From Selaginella moellendorffii (lineage: Eukaryota > Plantae > Lycopodiophyta), in assembly GCF_000143415.4 (NCBI RefSeq), contig NW_003314337.1:140559-204558 (forward strand): a stretch of 64,000 nucleotides of DNA, written 5' to 3'. The translations under genes and the position numbers were made by a program. This document shows, piece after piece, positions 1-12,181 of the stretch (position 1 is the first letter of the stretch; every line of letters starts with the position of its first letter). The notes beneath the pieces are model-generated. The model ran no database searches. It worked only from the letters and a program-made list of their open reading frames with translations, and had not been told where the DNA came from.

Positions 1-1865
1 CCGCCTGCAGGCAGGCGTAGAATGGCTTAAACCACACGGTGTCCTGCCAGAGACTTGATAGTCGATACGTTCAGTTCATGAGCGTGTTACCTTGAACAGT
101 TTGCCAAATTGCTCCGCGGCCTTGTCGAATTCCCCTTGCAGAAGGTAGCACCAACCCAGCTCGTCTATCATAAAGTTCCTCAGCCTCTGGTTGCAGCCAC
201 GGTTGCTTATGTCGTAGGGATCCGTCTTGGAGTTTCGGACGAGGGTGTCGAGTGACTTGGAAAGCATTCCCTCATATCGCTCGTAGCGGGACAGCATTAT
301 CCTGAAGATGGACCCGTTCTTCCACTGGGCCTGCACCTTGTCCAGCAGCTGCTTGGCCTCCTTTCCATGCTGGTCTCCATATGGCAAGAGGCCCATGATA
401 ACCGTGTGGTCTGCCAACACAAGCTCACGAGTGTAAAGCCATGGTCCATCTGCTTTTACGCTTACATTGCAGTAGCATGACGAAGGAGATCGGCGCTCTG
501 GGATGGTTTGTGGCGGCAGCCTTTTGCAACAACCTGAGGCCTTTGTTCCTGTCACCCGGCAGGCCCATCACCTCCGTGGCCTTTTGAAACGAAGCGGGAA
601 TGAGCGAGACAACGAGGTTGAAGGCCCCAATCCCGAACTCGAGTCCTATCCGCAGGGATGACAGCTCGTAGTCCTCTTGGATCCCTTTCCTCGTGTCCAG
701 GACCATCCGCTGGTCATCCCTTAGAGCGTCCAGCTGCTTTATGTCCAGCCGGGTGTTGTCGATCCTGTCGCCAGAGCTGCTGCTGGCCGAGCCCCCCATG
801 TCCAGGTCTGCCAGCCTCTCCGCCAGGCTGCGGCTCTTGGACAGGTTGCTGCTCTTTCCTTTCTATATATCAACAACGTACTAGATAGAGAGCTTGCTTT
901 CACACAGCCTATGTAGATATAGGTGTTGTAACCCCCTTACCGAGGAGCCTCGATCGTCGTTGTCGTCGTCTTCGCTGCCCGAATCACTGTCCTCGTCGGA
1001 CCCGTGCATGCTCTCGGGCACCTTGAAGCTGCCCCCCATCTTTATCCACTCTTTGGTCAGCTTGCGGAGCTTCTTCTCGCAATGCTGGTAGATGCTGGCT
1101 GTCTTCTTGAGGTTGTAGCCAAGCTTGACCATGCTTGTCCAGCTCTCCCCAGCCCCAACAATCTGCGAGTGAGCCAAGCACGCATTGTTCCCAGCCATCC
1201 CCAATCCAGTTCAGACCTGCAGCAGCGACGTAAGAAGGTAGCACTCGCCCTGGATCTGGATCGCCCACAGCCGTGCTCGTCTCGCCCGGTGGAGGTGGAC
1301 CATCTCCGCGAGCGCACCCTCGGCTTTGGTCTCTTGTTCTTCAGCTGCTGCCTTGGCAGCCCCAACCGCGATGCCTTTCTTGGCCATCTTTCCCAGCGCC
1401 CACGACTTGAGCGACGACACCGCCTCGTTCACCTTCTTGATGTTGCTGTGGGTGCTGAACCTGGCAATTGAATAAACATTGTATCGCTCAGCCCGTCCCT
1501 CTTTCCATGCTGGGCACCTTACTTTTGAGCTTGCTGGCTGGCCAGCGCTTCCGTTTCCGAGAGGAGGGTGATTGCGCGCTCCACATCGTCTTGGTCCGAT
1601 GACATGAGGGCGACGTAGGCCGCCACCCAGGCATGGTGCAGGCTGAAGCGGGGGTGGTGCAGCCTCAGTTCATCGAAAAAGTCCTCGGCCTCGTTCAACT
1701 TGTCCGAGTAGAGCAGCTCCATGCCCTTCATTATCTGCCCAAGAGAATCAAGTTTTTCTACATGCATTTTCCATGGCTTGCCTGCTGTTCTTCGGCATCA
1801 AACTCGGCACCGCGCTCCTCGAGCGACATTATAAAGTCGTTCTTCTTGGGCTTGAGCAGATCCAT
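1..1865 (-). CDS. TTC39/IML2 (DUF3808)-family TPR protein, multi-exon, 3' end beyond window
   Basis: Exons MDLLKPKKNDF..., IMKGMELLYSDKLNEAEDFF...HPRFSLHHAWVAAYVALMS, LEFGIGAFNLVVSLIP...VMGLPGDRNKGLRLL and MIDELGWCYLLQGEFDKAAEQF resemble TTC39/Iml2. ATG at 1865, followed by a GC-AG first intron. Confidence 0.7.
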
Positions 1866-1921
1866 TGGCTCGTCGGTTGCCCTCACAAGAACCCTAAAAT
1901 ATTTGTCCGGTATATTCGGGC

Positions 1922-1931
1922 GACACGTGGC
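1922..1931 (+). promoter_or_regulatory. ABRE/G-box (GACACGTGGC, Em1a-like) in the TTC39/HSP101 divergent promoter
   Basis: Exact sequence match about 90 bp upstream of the HSP101 ATG. Confidence 0.55.
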
Positions 1932-2022
1932 TGGCGCTCTCTAGAGCTCTCTCTCCAGCTCCTACAAAATATTCACCTAGGGCTACTGGGCAGCTCCGAT
2001 TGTGATCGCACAAGGGAAAAGG

Positions 2023-5000
2023 ATGAATCCGGATCGTTTCACGCACAAGACGCGCGAGGCCCTGGCGGCCGGGCAGGAGATGGCGCAGTCCATGGGGCAT
2101 GCGCAGTTCACGCCCTTGCACCTGGCGCTGGTGCTGCTCACCGATCCCGAGGGGCTGCTCAAGCAGGCGGTGGGCGACGAATCCGCGGCGTCCCTGGAGA
2201 GGGTGCTCCGCCGCTACCTCAGCAAGATCCCCTGCCAGAACCCGCCCCCGGAGGAGGTGCCCGTCAACAGCGCATTGAGCAAGATTGTGCGCAAGGCACA
2301 TTCGGCGCAGAAGAGCAAAGGCGACACGTACCTGGCGGTGGATCGGCTCATTCTGGCGCTGCTGGAAGACTCGCAGCTGTCTGACTGCCTGACGGAGGCG
2401 GGCATCTCGCCGTCCAAGGTGAAGTCGGAGCTGGAAAAGCTGAGGGGGTCCGGCAAGAAGGTGGAGAGCGCGGGCGGGGACAGCAACTTCGATGCGCTCA
2501 AAAAGTATGGCAAGGACCTGGTTGAGGAGGCTGGCAAGCTGGACCCCGTCATTGGGAGGGACGAGGAGATCAGGAGGGTGGTACGCATCCTGTCCCGGAG
2601 GACCAAGAACAACCCCGTGCTCATTGGGGAGCCCGGGGTGGGCAAGACTGCCGTGGTGGAAGGCCTGGCGCAGAGGATCGTGCGGGGCGACATCCCCAGG
2701 TGCGTGTGGATGTATATGTTTGTCTCTGTTTTGACTGACTTGGATGGATGGCAGCAACCTGTCGGACGTGCGCGTCATTGCGCTGGACATGGGTGCGCTC
2801 ATTGCCGGTGCCAAATACCGGGGTGAGTTTGAGGAGCGGCTCAAAGCCGTGCTCAAGGAGGTGGAAGACGCGCAGGGCAAAGTCATCCTCTTTATCGATG
2901 AGGTGCATCTTGTCCTCGGAGCCGGTGCGTGCAATGGACACTTGTTTGTCGCACATGTTGCTCATACACCATGCAGGTCGTACCGAAGGCTCCATGGACG
3001 CTGCCAACCTCTTCAAGCCCATGCTGGCCAGGGGAACTCTCCGCTGCATTGGTGCCACTACGCTCGCTGAGTACCGCAAGTACGTGGAGAAGGACGCAGC
3101 TTTCGAGCGGCGATTCCAGCAGGTCTTGGTCAAGGAGCCGTCGGTGCCCGAGACAATCAGTATTTTGCGTGGCCTCAAGGAGAGGTACGAAGGGCATCAC
3201 GGAGTTAGGATCATGGACCGGGCACTCGTTGTTGCGGCGCAGCTCTCTAGTCGCTATATCGCGGGTACGTAACACACCGGAATGCCCAGCGTTGCTAACA
3301 CAATGTTTGGCTCAGGACGGCACTTGCCCGACAAGGCGATTGATCTCGTGGATGAGGCTTGTGCTAATGTCCGCGTGCAGCTGGACAGCCAGCCGGAAGA
3401 GATTGACAAACTGGAGAGGCAACGCATTCAGCTCGAAATTGAGATGCACGCGCTTGAAAAGGAAAAGGATAAAGCCAGCAAAGATCGGCTTGTGGAGGTA
3501 TGTAGGCTCTGGGTCCTGGTGATTCTTACTGATGGTGTTGCATCAGGTCCATCAGGAGCTGGACAATCTTAAGGAGAAGTTGCAGCCTCTGAAGATGAGA
3601 TACCAGAAGGAGAAGGAGCGCGTCGACCAGCTGCGTAGGCTGAAGAAAAAGCGTGAGGAGTTGCAAATCAGTTTGCAAGAAGCGGAGAGAAGAATGGATT
3701 TGGCCCGTGCAGCCGATATACGTTACGGGGGCTTACAAGAGATAGATGCTGCTATTGCGAGGATCGAGAAGGAAGCTGAGGAGAATAACATGCTGACCGA
3801 AGCAGTAGGCCCCGAACAAATCGCGGAGGTACGCCGGATTCTCTTGTTTGTCATGTCCTCAATACGTTACCGCAGGTAGTCAGCCGATGGACAGGAGTGC
3901 CTGTGAAGAGGTTGGGTCAAGACGACAAGGAAAGGCTGGTTGGGCTTGGTAAGCGACTCCATGAAAGGGTGGTTGGGCAAGATGAAGCGGTTGAGGCCGT
4001 CGCGGAGGCTGTGCTCAGATCTCGTGCGGGGCTGGGTAGGCCACGGCAGCCCACCGGATCTTTCATGTTTCTTGGACCAACTGGCGTTGGAAAGACTGAG
4101 CTGGCGAAGGCGTTGGCCGAGCAGTTGTTTGACGACGAGAACCAGCTCATCCGCCTAGACATGTCGGAGTACATGGAGCAGCATGCCGTCGCAAGGCTGA
4201 TCGGTGCACCGCCGGGGTATGTTGTGTGCTTTCTACTTAGTTGTGCCAAACTAAACGAAACGAATGCTTTCCAGGTATGTCGGCTACGAAGAAGGTGGCC
4301 AGCTAACTGAAGCTGTGAGGCGGCGTCCATACAGTGTGATTCTGTTTGATGAAGTCGAGAAAGCGCATAGTTCAATTTTCAACACGCTATTGCAACTTCT
4401 AGATGACGGTCGCCTTACCGATGGCCAGGGTCGTACGGTAAACTTTGCAGAGTGCGTAATCATCATGACATCCAACCTGGGAGCCGAGCATCTGTTGTCT
4501 GGAATGATTGGGCAGACGACCATGAAGGCGGCGAAGGAAAAAGTGATGATGGAGGTGAGTGGTCTATTACCAGTTCAAGCCTCTTTGACCAACTGTTGTT
4601 GCTCCAGGTGAGAAGGCACTTCAGGCCGGAGCTGCTTAATCGGCTGGACGACATCGTCATATTTCATCCATTGTCTCACGACCAGCTTCGCAAGGTTGCC
4701 CGGATACAGATGAAGGAGGTGGCAATGCGCCTGGCTCAAAGAGGAGTGGCCCTTGGTGTGTCGGACGCAGCTCTCGATCACGTCCTATCGGAGGCCTACG
4801 ATCCGGTATGAACTCTTTCATTCTCTCTTGTTTATCCTTCGAGTATCGTTGTTTCAGGTTTACGGCGCCCGTCCTATTCGCAGATGGCTCGAGAAGAAGG
4901 TGGTGACGCAGCTTTCACGAATGCTCATCAATGGAGAAATCGACGAGAATTCCACAGTCTACATTGACATAAGGCCCGGAGGAACGGAGTTAGTGTGCCG

Positions 5001-5142
5001 GGTAGACAAGAATGGAAGAGGCACGGACAAGGACGTGTTGATAAGTGTTCCGTCGTCAACGGCGTCTAGCACAGACGCCCGTGTCAAGAAGATGAGAATA
5101 GAGGAGACGTTGGATGACGATGACGAAGACATGGAGGAATGA
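2023..5142 (+). CDS. HSP101: Cytosolic heat shock protein 101 / ClpB1 AAA+ disaggregase
   Basis: N-terminus [10 protein letters not shown]. Two Walker A motifs ([17 protein letters not shown]), plus [10 protein letters not shown] and GARPIRRW. The acidic C-terminus VKKMRIEE...DEDMEE is typical of plant HSP101. Confidence 0.97.
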
Positions 5143-5214
5143 GAGGCACACACACTACGACATGGACGAAGACACTCTTTTCTGGTTGTTTCTTTTTTGT
5201 CCAGGGTGTCCTAC

Positions 5215-8200
5215 CTATCTCATTGAGAAGAAATCAATTGCGTTGTCCCACAAACTAGATGGAAACCGGTTCTCTAACAGAAAAACAAGGGAATCCCGGT
5301 TGCACTCTTGACACCTAGGCCTTTGTACCTTCTTTGCCTTGATGCCATTCTTGCTTGCTACTACTGACCGCCGACCCGATGTTACCTCTGAGAACTCGTC
5401 GAGGCTTCGGTCTTCAGTACTAGCAGTAGCCCCTGGTAGCTGCTGCTCTTTGTGTTGCATTTCCTCGTCGCATTCCTCAGTAATGACATCCATGCGTCTC
5501 ACCACCTGCTGCTGGACGGCAGCTGCATTTAGCATGGCTTCCGCACTCTGAATGCCTGCCTTGCTGCTCTCAGTTTGTCCTCTAGAGGATCTCAACACGG
5601 AAAGCACCAGCTCCATGCTCAGTTCTTGCTGGATGACATCCCTGTTGCGCTCACTCCCGTAGCATGCGGCCAGAAGCGTGCCGACTAGAATCGGTGTGAG
5701 CTCGGCATCACTAAAGAACGCAAATGGCAAATCACATATCTGTAAAGAACGAAGCACGTCAAAAACAGGCTCGGAAGCCGAAGTAAGACAACAGACCTTG
5801 TGCAGAATCGTCGGGCTTTTACCCCACCTAAGTACTGCTTGGTTCCCAGTGTGCAAGAGAGCAAAATAGCCAAGAAGTAGAAGCGTTTCGAGTAGCAGTG
5901 ATGCCACCTGCAAAGAACGTTGTAATTTAGGTAATTTAAGAGGCAAGTTGTAAAACCTGATCCGTCGTAGTTCTCCACTTGCCAGTGCAGTACGATAACA
6001 AGAAGCTAACCAGATGGAAAAATTCCATCTTCAAATCTGGCATTGCCAACATGTTCTGCACTAGAGAGAGGTCTAGGCATGCGGTGTTGTTAAGAACCCT
6101 GAGAACACTGGTAGCAACCTCTTCAAAGTTCAACGGCAAGGCCTAGAGCCAGACAAAGTCAGTCAAACAAAAAGCAGTGGAAAGGAAATTTGCTTGCCTG
6201 GTCAGTGGAAGCAGCTCTTGGATTAGACTGCAACAGAACGGCGGTAAGCAGTGAGGGAAGGCCGACCATTCCAGTCTCGGCAATGGCCACGAGAAGAAAG
6301 CCGACAGATTTACTCGCGTACGATTGTCTCCTCAGTTCGTCCCTGTTGCTCGTTCCTGCATCCAATTTGGAAGTGCAGTCAGCCTCGACTAGCGGGTCCT
6401 CGGCAGGTTCGCTGCAGCTATAAGCGCAGTCTGGTGGATGGCGGTTGCTCTCGAGCTCGTCAAACGGCAACTCCTGTACTTCGGCCGGCCTCTTCATTCC
6501 CATCAACTTTTGAAAGTAGAAGAATTGAGCTGCCATACTGGACGGAGACTGTGCCGCCGTCAGCGTCTTTCCTCGCGTCAGTGTGTCGAGTAGCTTGAGG
6601 CCGAGAAGTACGGGTGGTGGGAAGGGCGCCCCTTCAACCTGTGGCCTGTCAAAGAGTGCAAACAAGTTGCGGAGGCGATGAATGATGTCACAGGCTACAA
6701 TGAGCTCCACCAGGTCGTCCTGCATTTGCAGCTGCCGCTCATCCGAAGAGCTATGTCCCATGACGTGGGTGACGCACTTGAGCAGGTCTTCCAGGACCTC
6801 CCCAACCGCATTGAACTTGTCGTCCACAACCAGCTTGTCACCCGTGCTGCTGCTGGCCGAGCAGCCCACACTGCTGTAATTCTCGAGCGCAGTGGATAGA
6901 ATGGGTACCAGAGGCGGCAGCAAGTTTCGCGCCAAGAAATAGCTTCGGTTTGCAGGAAGCGTGAGCAAGACCACCAATAGTTTGAGAAGGGCGACTGTAG
7001 TCTGTGAGGCCTCCGGTTTTGAGGTATGAGAGGCAGGAAGTGCCGTAGCAATGAAGTCAACAAGGCCCGTGTGGCGGGCAACGTGCAGTTCAGCCTCTTT
7101 CCCATCGAGGTGCTATGGACAGAAAATTAGAGTAAGTGGGGTTATATGAAGAGTTACGTGAAGAATTGGTATACCTTGATGATTTCCGCAACAATCTGGA
7201 CAGTTGCCGAAGCCCCAGCTTTCCTTGTTTGCTGGAGCCTTTGCAACTCCTGTACCCAGCGTCCTAGCTTAGACCTGCTGGAGCTCTCCACCCCGGGAGC
7301 GGGCGTCTCAACAAAGTCAAATCTCCTGGTGGTCAGCCTCTGTCGTATTTTCTTTATCCGCTTCTTGAGGTGATGGCCATCGGAACTAGCCGTGGTAGTC
7401 GATGCTGCATTCGCATTTGGAGAGAACTTGACCGGTCCAACAAGCCGCATCTCACAAACCTCAGGAGGAGCGTCGTTGGCTAGAGGGGCTGGAGCGCGGC
7501 CGGCCTGTCCACCCTCTCTGCTAGAAGGCCGCCTCGACAGTGGTGAACCCTGCTCCCGCGTGTCCATAACAGCCCTCTCCCGGATCTGCTCCAGGTATAT
7601 TTTCCGACGGAGAGCACTCTCGCGCAGACGCTCGGCCAACTTTTGCCTCAGCAGCTCCACCTCCTCTTCCTGCGCTTTGGCCCTTACTTCCTTCTTCCGG
7701 ACTTGTTCCACGGCGCGTGCCTCCCGGGCAGCACTAGCAGCCTTGCGCTCCTCCTCCCTCCTAGCCTGGGCTTCTTCCTTTTTCCGCTGCGTGTCTGCAA
7801 TACGCTGCAGCCTTTCAGCCTCGAGAAGCTTCCTGCGCTCCATTGCAGCCTCTTCTCTGGCAACATCTTCCTTCTGCTTGATTCTGAGGCTCTGGAGCCG
7901 CTCCGCCCGCCTTACCTCTGAGTCTTGAAGCTTTTGCTGGAGGGACAACTTTTTGTTTTCCTCGTTGAGTGACGTGATGAACCGCACCTCACTCACTTTG
8001 CTGCTCTCGTCACTGGCCCTCCTTGCGATCTGTGCGAGGTGCGCCTCATGCCGCGACTCTCCCCGCTGTTGGCGTGCATGCATTCCTTCTCTCAACTTCG
8101 TGCTTCGGACAGCTTGCCATTCACTGACACGATTGAGCTTCTCGGTTGTGCGCTGGAGACGAAGAGCTCGTTCATTTTCAAGTTCTCTTCTGATTCTTGT

Positions 8201-9576
8201 GGCCCGTGCTTGCTTCTCGTCAACTTCTTTCTTCATCTCCATGGGGGACTTCTTCTTGCGTTCCGGTGACATGAGCTTGTCATGCAGAACGCGACCACGC
8301 TCGGTACTTTTCCTTCCACCACCTCCAGGAGAAGCAGATGCCTTGGGTACGTTTCCCAGAGGGGAGGATAGGATATCCTCCCAGTTTCTCTTCTCCTTCC
8401 ATGCTTCCAAAGCCGCCGGGTTCGAACTGACTTTTCCATCGCAGCGCAAAGGCCTTGGACTTGCATCATGGTCGCCGGCCTGAGAAGGCTTAACGTCCTC
8501 CTTGCATGGAGGATAGTCCAGCTTCTTCACGTCGATTGCCGCCGCCGCCACTTTGTCGACGTCCTTGTGCAGCTCCTGCCCCTTGCCATGCGGCGCTAGT
8601 GCCTGTTTCTCCTCCCGCTCCTCTGTAGCAGCAGCATTATCGTTCACCACGGGCATGGTGTCTTGCCCAAAGGACAGAAACCGAACGGCACTCCTGCGAC
8701 TTGTGTGATGCGGGCTCTCGTGCTGTTTGCTGCTTGTTCCATTGTGCACTTTCTTGAAAGCCTCAAGCGACAGGGAAAGGATGTCGGCACGACGAGGAGA
8801 GGATGCCATTCTACGCACCTGAGGCAATGCAACCGTGCGTCTGAGCAACCGACAGACAACAAGAGGCTCAATCAAGCGCGTACCTCCCAAGCGATAGCAT
8901 GCGGTCGTTGCTCCACCTTTGTGGCATCACTGCTGTCCATGGCTTGTCCAGAACCGGCTTTCTTCTTCTTGAGCGTTTCGAAGTTTCCAACTCTAGCCTT
9001 GAGCTCGCTGAAGTCCAGGCCAGCTTCGTTGAAAACCAGGAGAGCCTCGTGGATCTGCTCCATGTCACATTCCAGCTCGCACAGGAAGTAGAGCTCGTCG
9101 ATGGCGCGATTCAAGTTCTCAAACAGATAGCACCACAGGCGGTGCCGAAACCTTTCCTTCTTCTCTCCGCCCGACTCGGCAGGGGCGGGGGCCGCGGGGG
9201 CTCCTCGGGCACAAATCCTGAATGTTTCCATGGCGACGCTGTTGTCCATGTCCACAGGAGCTTCACCAACATTGTGCGCATTGGGTGACGAAACACGCTG
9301 ATCCTCCTCCGCAACTGATGTAGCAACAGCTTCTTCCTCCTCCTCCGCTGCCCTGGTAGTGGATTCATCCTTGTCGCCGCCAGCAGGGAGTGACGGTGCC
9401 TCCTCCTCCACCGCCGCCGCCGCCTCCTCCTCCTCCTCCTCCTCCTCGAAGTCCCCCCATTTGAATTTGGGAGCCGGGGGCAGCAGCACAGTGGGCATGA
9501 TCACCGGGAGCTCGCCGTCTACGCACTTGGTGGTGTCGCCCAGCAGCCGGGGCGGCAAATCCACCATTTCCTTCAT
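5215..9576 (-). CDS. SCAPER-like (S-phase cyclin A-associated ER protein) large coiled-coil protein
   Basis: KERFRHRLWCYLFENLNRAIDELYFLCELECD (SCAPER_N-like), LHDKLMSPERKKK, a long charged coiled coil, and C-terminal LENRFPSSLWDNAIDFF. Confidence 0.85.
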
Positions 9577-9641
9577 CGCACCCACAACCCTAGCTAAGCT
9601 AGCCCTATCCCGGGACCGCCACGTTGCCCTAGGGTGGAGCT

Positions 9642-10569
9642 ATGGTGGAGGGCGAGGAGGAGGATGTAGATCCGGAGGCGACGACGCTCTTGGTGGTGCG
9701 CGAGGTGTCCGTGTACAAGATCCCGCCGCGGACCACCAGCGCCGGCTACAAGTGCGGCGAGTGGCTCCAATCGGACAAGATCTGGTCGGGCAGGCTGCGC
9801 CTCGTGTCCACTGGGGGCAAATGCGAGGTGCGCCTCGAGGATTCCAACACCGGGGAGCTCTTCGCCGCATGCCCCGTGGAGGCCGGTAAGAGAGACGCGA
9901 CGGTGGAGAGCGTGCTGGACTCGTCGCGCTACTTTGTGCTGAAAGTGGACGACGGCAGGGGCAGGCACGCGTTTCTGGGCCTGGGCTTCAGCGAGAGGAG
10001 CGACGCCTTTGACTTCAATGTTGCTCTCTCCGACTTCGACAAGCATGCTGCAAGGCGAGGAGGAGGAGAGCAGCATTCCCAGCATTCCCCCTCCGATACC
10101 AGCCTCGACCTCCGTCTCAAGGTGCCTCCCTCGTACCTCACCCATGCACAACTGACGCATCCTCTTGTTTCAGGAGGGAGAAACGATCAAGATCAATGTC
10201 AAGACGCGCACAGCTCAAAGCGGCGGCATCAAGAATGCAACGTCCTCCTCCATGGCCAGCACGGGGCGGATGGCGGCGCCTCTGGCACCCCCACCGGGGG
10301 GCGGGCGCATTCGCTCGCCTCTTCCACCACCACCATCTCCTGCAAACGACACAAAAATAAAGCTCCATCAATCTCCTGCATTGCCCCCGGATCCGCTTGC
10401 AGATCTGTCCCAGCTCCAAGTAAGTGTCTTTGCCTTGAAACTTTAAACTGGTGGTAACTAAGGAAACGAGCTCGCGCTCCAGGCCGGATTGCCTTCCTTG
10501 GCTAGCAATAACAACAAGAGCAGCAGCGGCGGCACCAGCAGCAAGGGCGCGGGTTGGGCAGCATTCTGA
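9642..10569 (+). CDS. Adaptin ear-binding coat-associated protein (NECAP, PHear domain)
   Basis: VYKIPPR...W.GRLR...VLDSSRYFVLK...LGFSERSDAFDFNVALSD, ending in the WxxF motif GWAAF* (TGA 10567-10569). Confidence 0.93.
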
Positions 10570-10578
10570 GTGAGCACT

Positions 10579-11281
10579 TCAGTCCACGACGGTGGCCTTG
10601 AGAATCTTGACGTCGTGAACAGGCCTGTAAGCACGAGCATGAGAAAACGCAAGACTTGACAAGCTCAAGGCAAACCTGTCGCTCTTGTCAGTGTGCACGT
10701 TTCCCAGTCGCTTGATAACATCCATCCCTTTGCATACTCTCCCGAATATGGTGTGCTTGCCTGCGTGAGCGAGAGGAGAGAGAGCAGGTCAGGCCGGGAA
10801 TCTGAATAGATACCAACCGTCGAGCCACGGCGTGGGGGCGAGCGTTATGAAGAACTGGCTCCCGTTGGTGTTTGGGCCGGAGTTGGCCATGGATAAAACA
10901 CCCGCTCCAGTGTGCTTGAGCTCCCGGGTTAGCTCGTCCTCGAACTGCCGGCTGCATACAAAACCAAGGAATGGGAATGCTTGATTGACAACAGAGAAGG
11001 CGAAACACACCCGTAAATTGACTCTCCTCCTCTGCCGGTGCCACTGGGGTCGCCTCCTTGGATCATGAAATCCTGGCGGCGGCTCGGATGAACTGAGGTG
11101 AGAGAGCAGCGATAAGAGTTACCTTGATGACGCGGTGGAACTTGACCTGGTCGTAGTATCCCTGCCTGGCCAGCTCGCTGAAATTTCGACACGTCTTGGG
11201 AGCGTGTTTGTGGTAGAGCTCCAGGGTGAAAGAGCCCATGGAGGTGTCAAGGGTGACTAGCGGAGCAACGCTCTCTTCCAT
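10579..11281 (-). CDS. CYP18-2: Cyclophilin peptidyl-prolyl isomerase, PPIL1/CYP18-2 type (spliceosomal)
   Basis: [70 protein letters not shown]; ends [15 protein letters not shown]. Confidence 0.92.
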
Positions 11282-11322
11282 TGCGGATGTAACAAGAGCC
11301 CTAAAACAAGCAAAACCTAGCT

Positions 11323-12127
11323 TTATCTCGTGCCAAACCCAAAGCTCGAGTTGTAGTGCTTCCTGCTGCTGCTGCTGCTGCTGGTGCAGGGCAGCAGCTT
11401 GCGTGCCTTGGCTCGCTCCCTCTCCTCTCTCTGCAACCTTTCAGCTCGCAGCTCCTCCAAGCTCTTCTTCCTCTTCTTGTCACCAGCAGCAGCAGCAGCA
11501 GCAGCACCACCACCACCACCACCACCTTGCAAGGCACGGAGTTAATTTCTTTCATGTACACACTGCCGCACAATACCAACCTGTCGCAGCAGCGTGATCG
11601 TGTTCCTCCGGCCTCGACTGCATGTACCAAGGCTGCGCCGTGGAGCGGGCGCCGCCCAGCCTGTACCTCTCCTCCGCCTCACCAAGCTCCTCTTGCTTCT
11701 TCTTGGCCTGCCGGATCTCTCGCCTCCGCTCCCTCTCCAATTCCTTGTCCCTCTTGTGCTCCCTCTCCTTGTGTTCCTTGTGCCTGGTCCTGGGCACCAG
11801 CGCCACACCCTTGTCGTCGTCGAAGAGATCCAGGAGCTGGTCGTGGGTGGTGAGCGGCGCCGCGGGGGCGGGCGCGGGTACGGGCGCGGAGGCGGCGGCT
11901 GCGGCTGTCTCGTCGTCAGGGGCAGAGGGTTGGGTGCGGCCGGTGCGCGCGCTGGTGCGAAGCTTGTCCAGCCGCGACTCGGCATCGCGATCCCGCTGCT
12001 GCTGCTGCTCCTCTTGCTGCTGCCGCTCCGCCTCCTGCTCGTCCCTTCGCACTCGCTCCCTGTTGTCCCAGTTGTAGACGTTCCAGCGCTTCTGGGGCAG
12101 GATATTGAGGCCGCCATGCCCGCCCAT
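11323..12127 (-). CDS. CIR_N-domain (CBF1-interacting corepressor / LENG1 / Cwf25-like) protein
   Basis: MGGHGGLNILPQKRWNVYNWDNRERVRRDE N-terminus; KKSLEELRAERLQRE...YNS C-terminus; one intron. Confidence 0.85.
11484..11527. repeat. Compound (CAG)n(CAC)n microsatellite encoding poly-Gly/poly-Ala in the CIR_N gene
   Basis: cagcagcag...caccaccacc visible in the sequence. Confidence 0.9.
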
Positions 12128-12181
12128 CTACCTTGTATGACCTAGGTACCGCAAGTTTGCGCAGTGCAGCAAAGGGGGACA

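Noticed and set aside
1894-2934. 346-aa antisense ORF over HSP101
   Set aside because: Typical antisense open frame of GC-rich ClpB genes.
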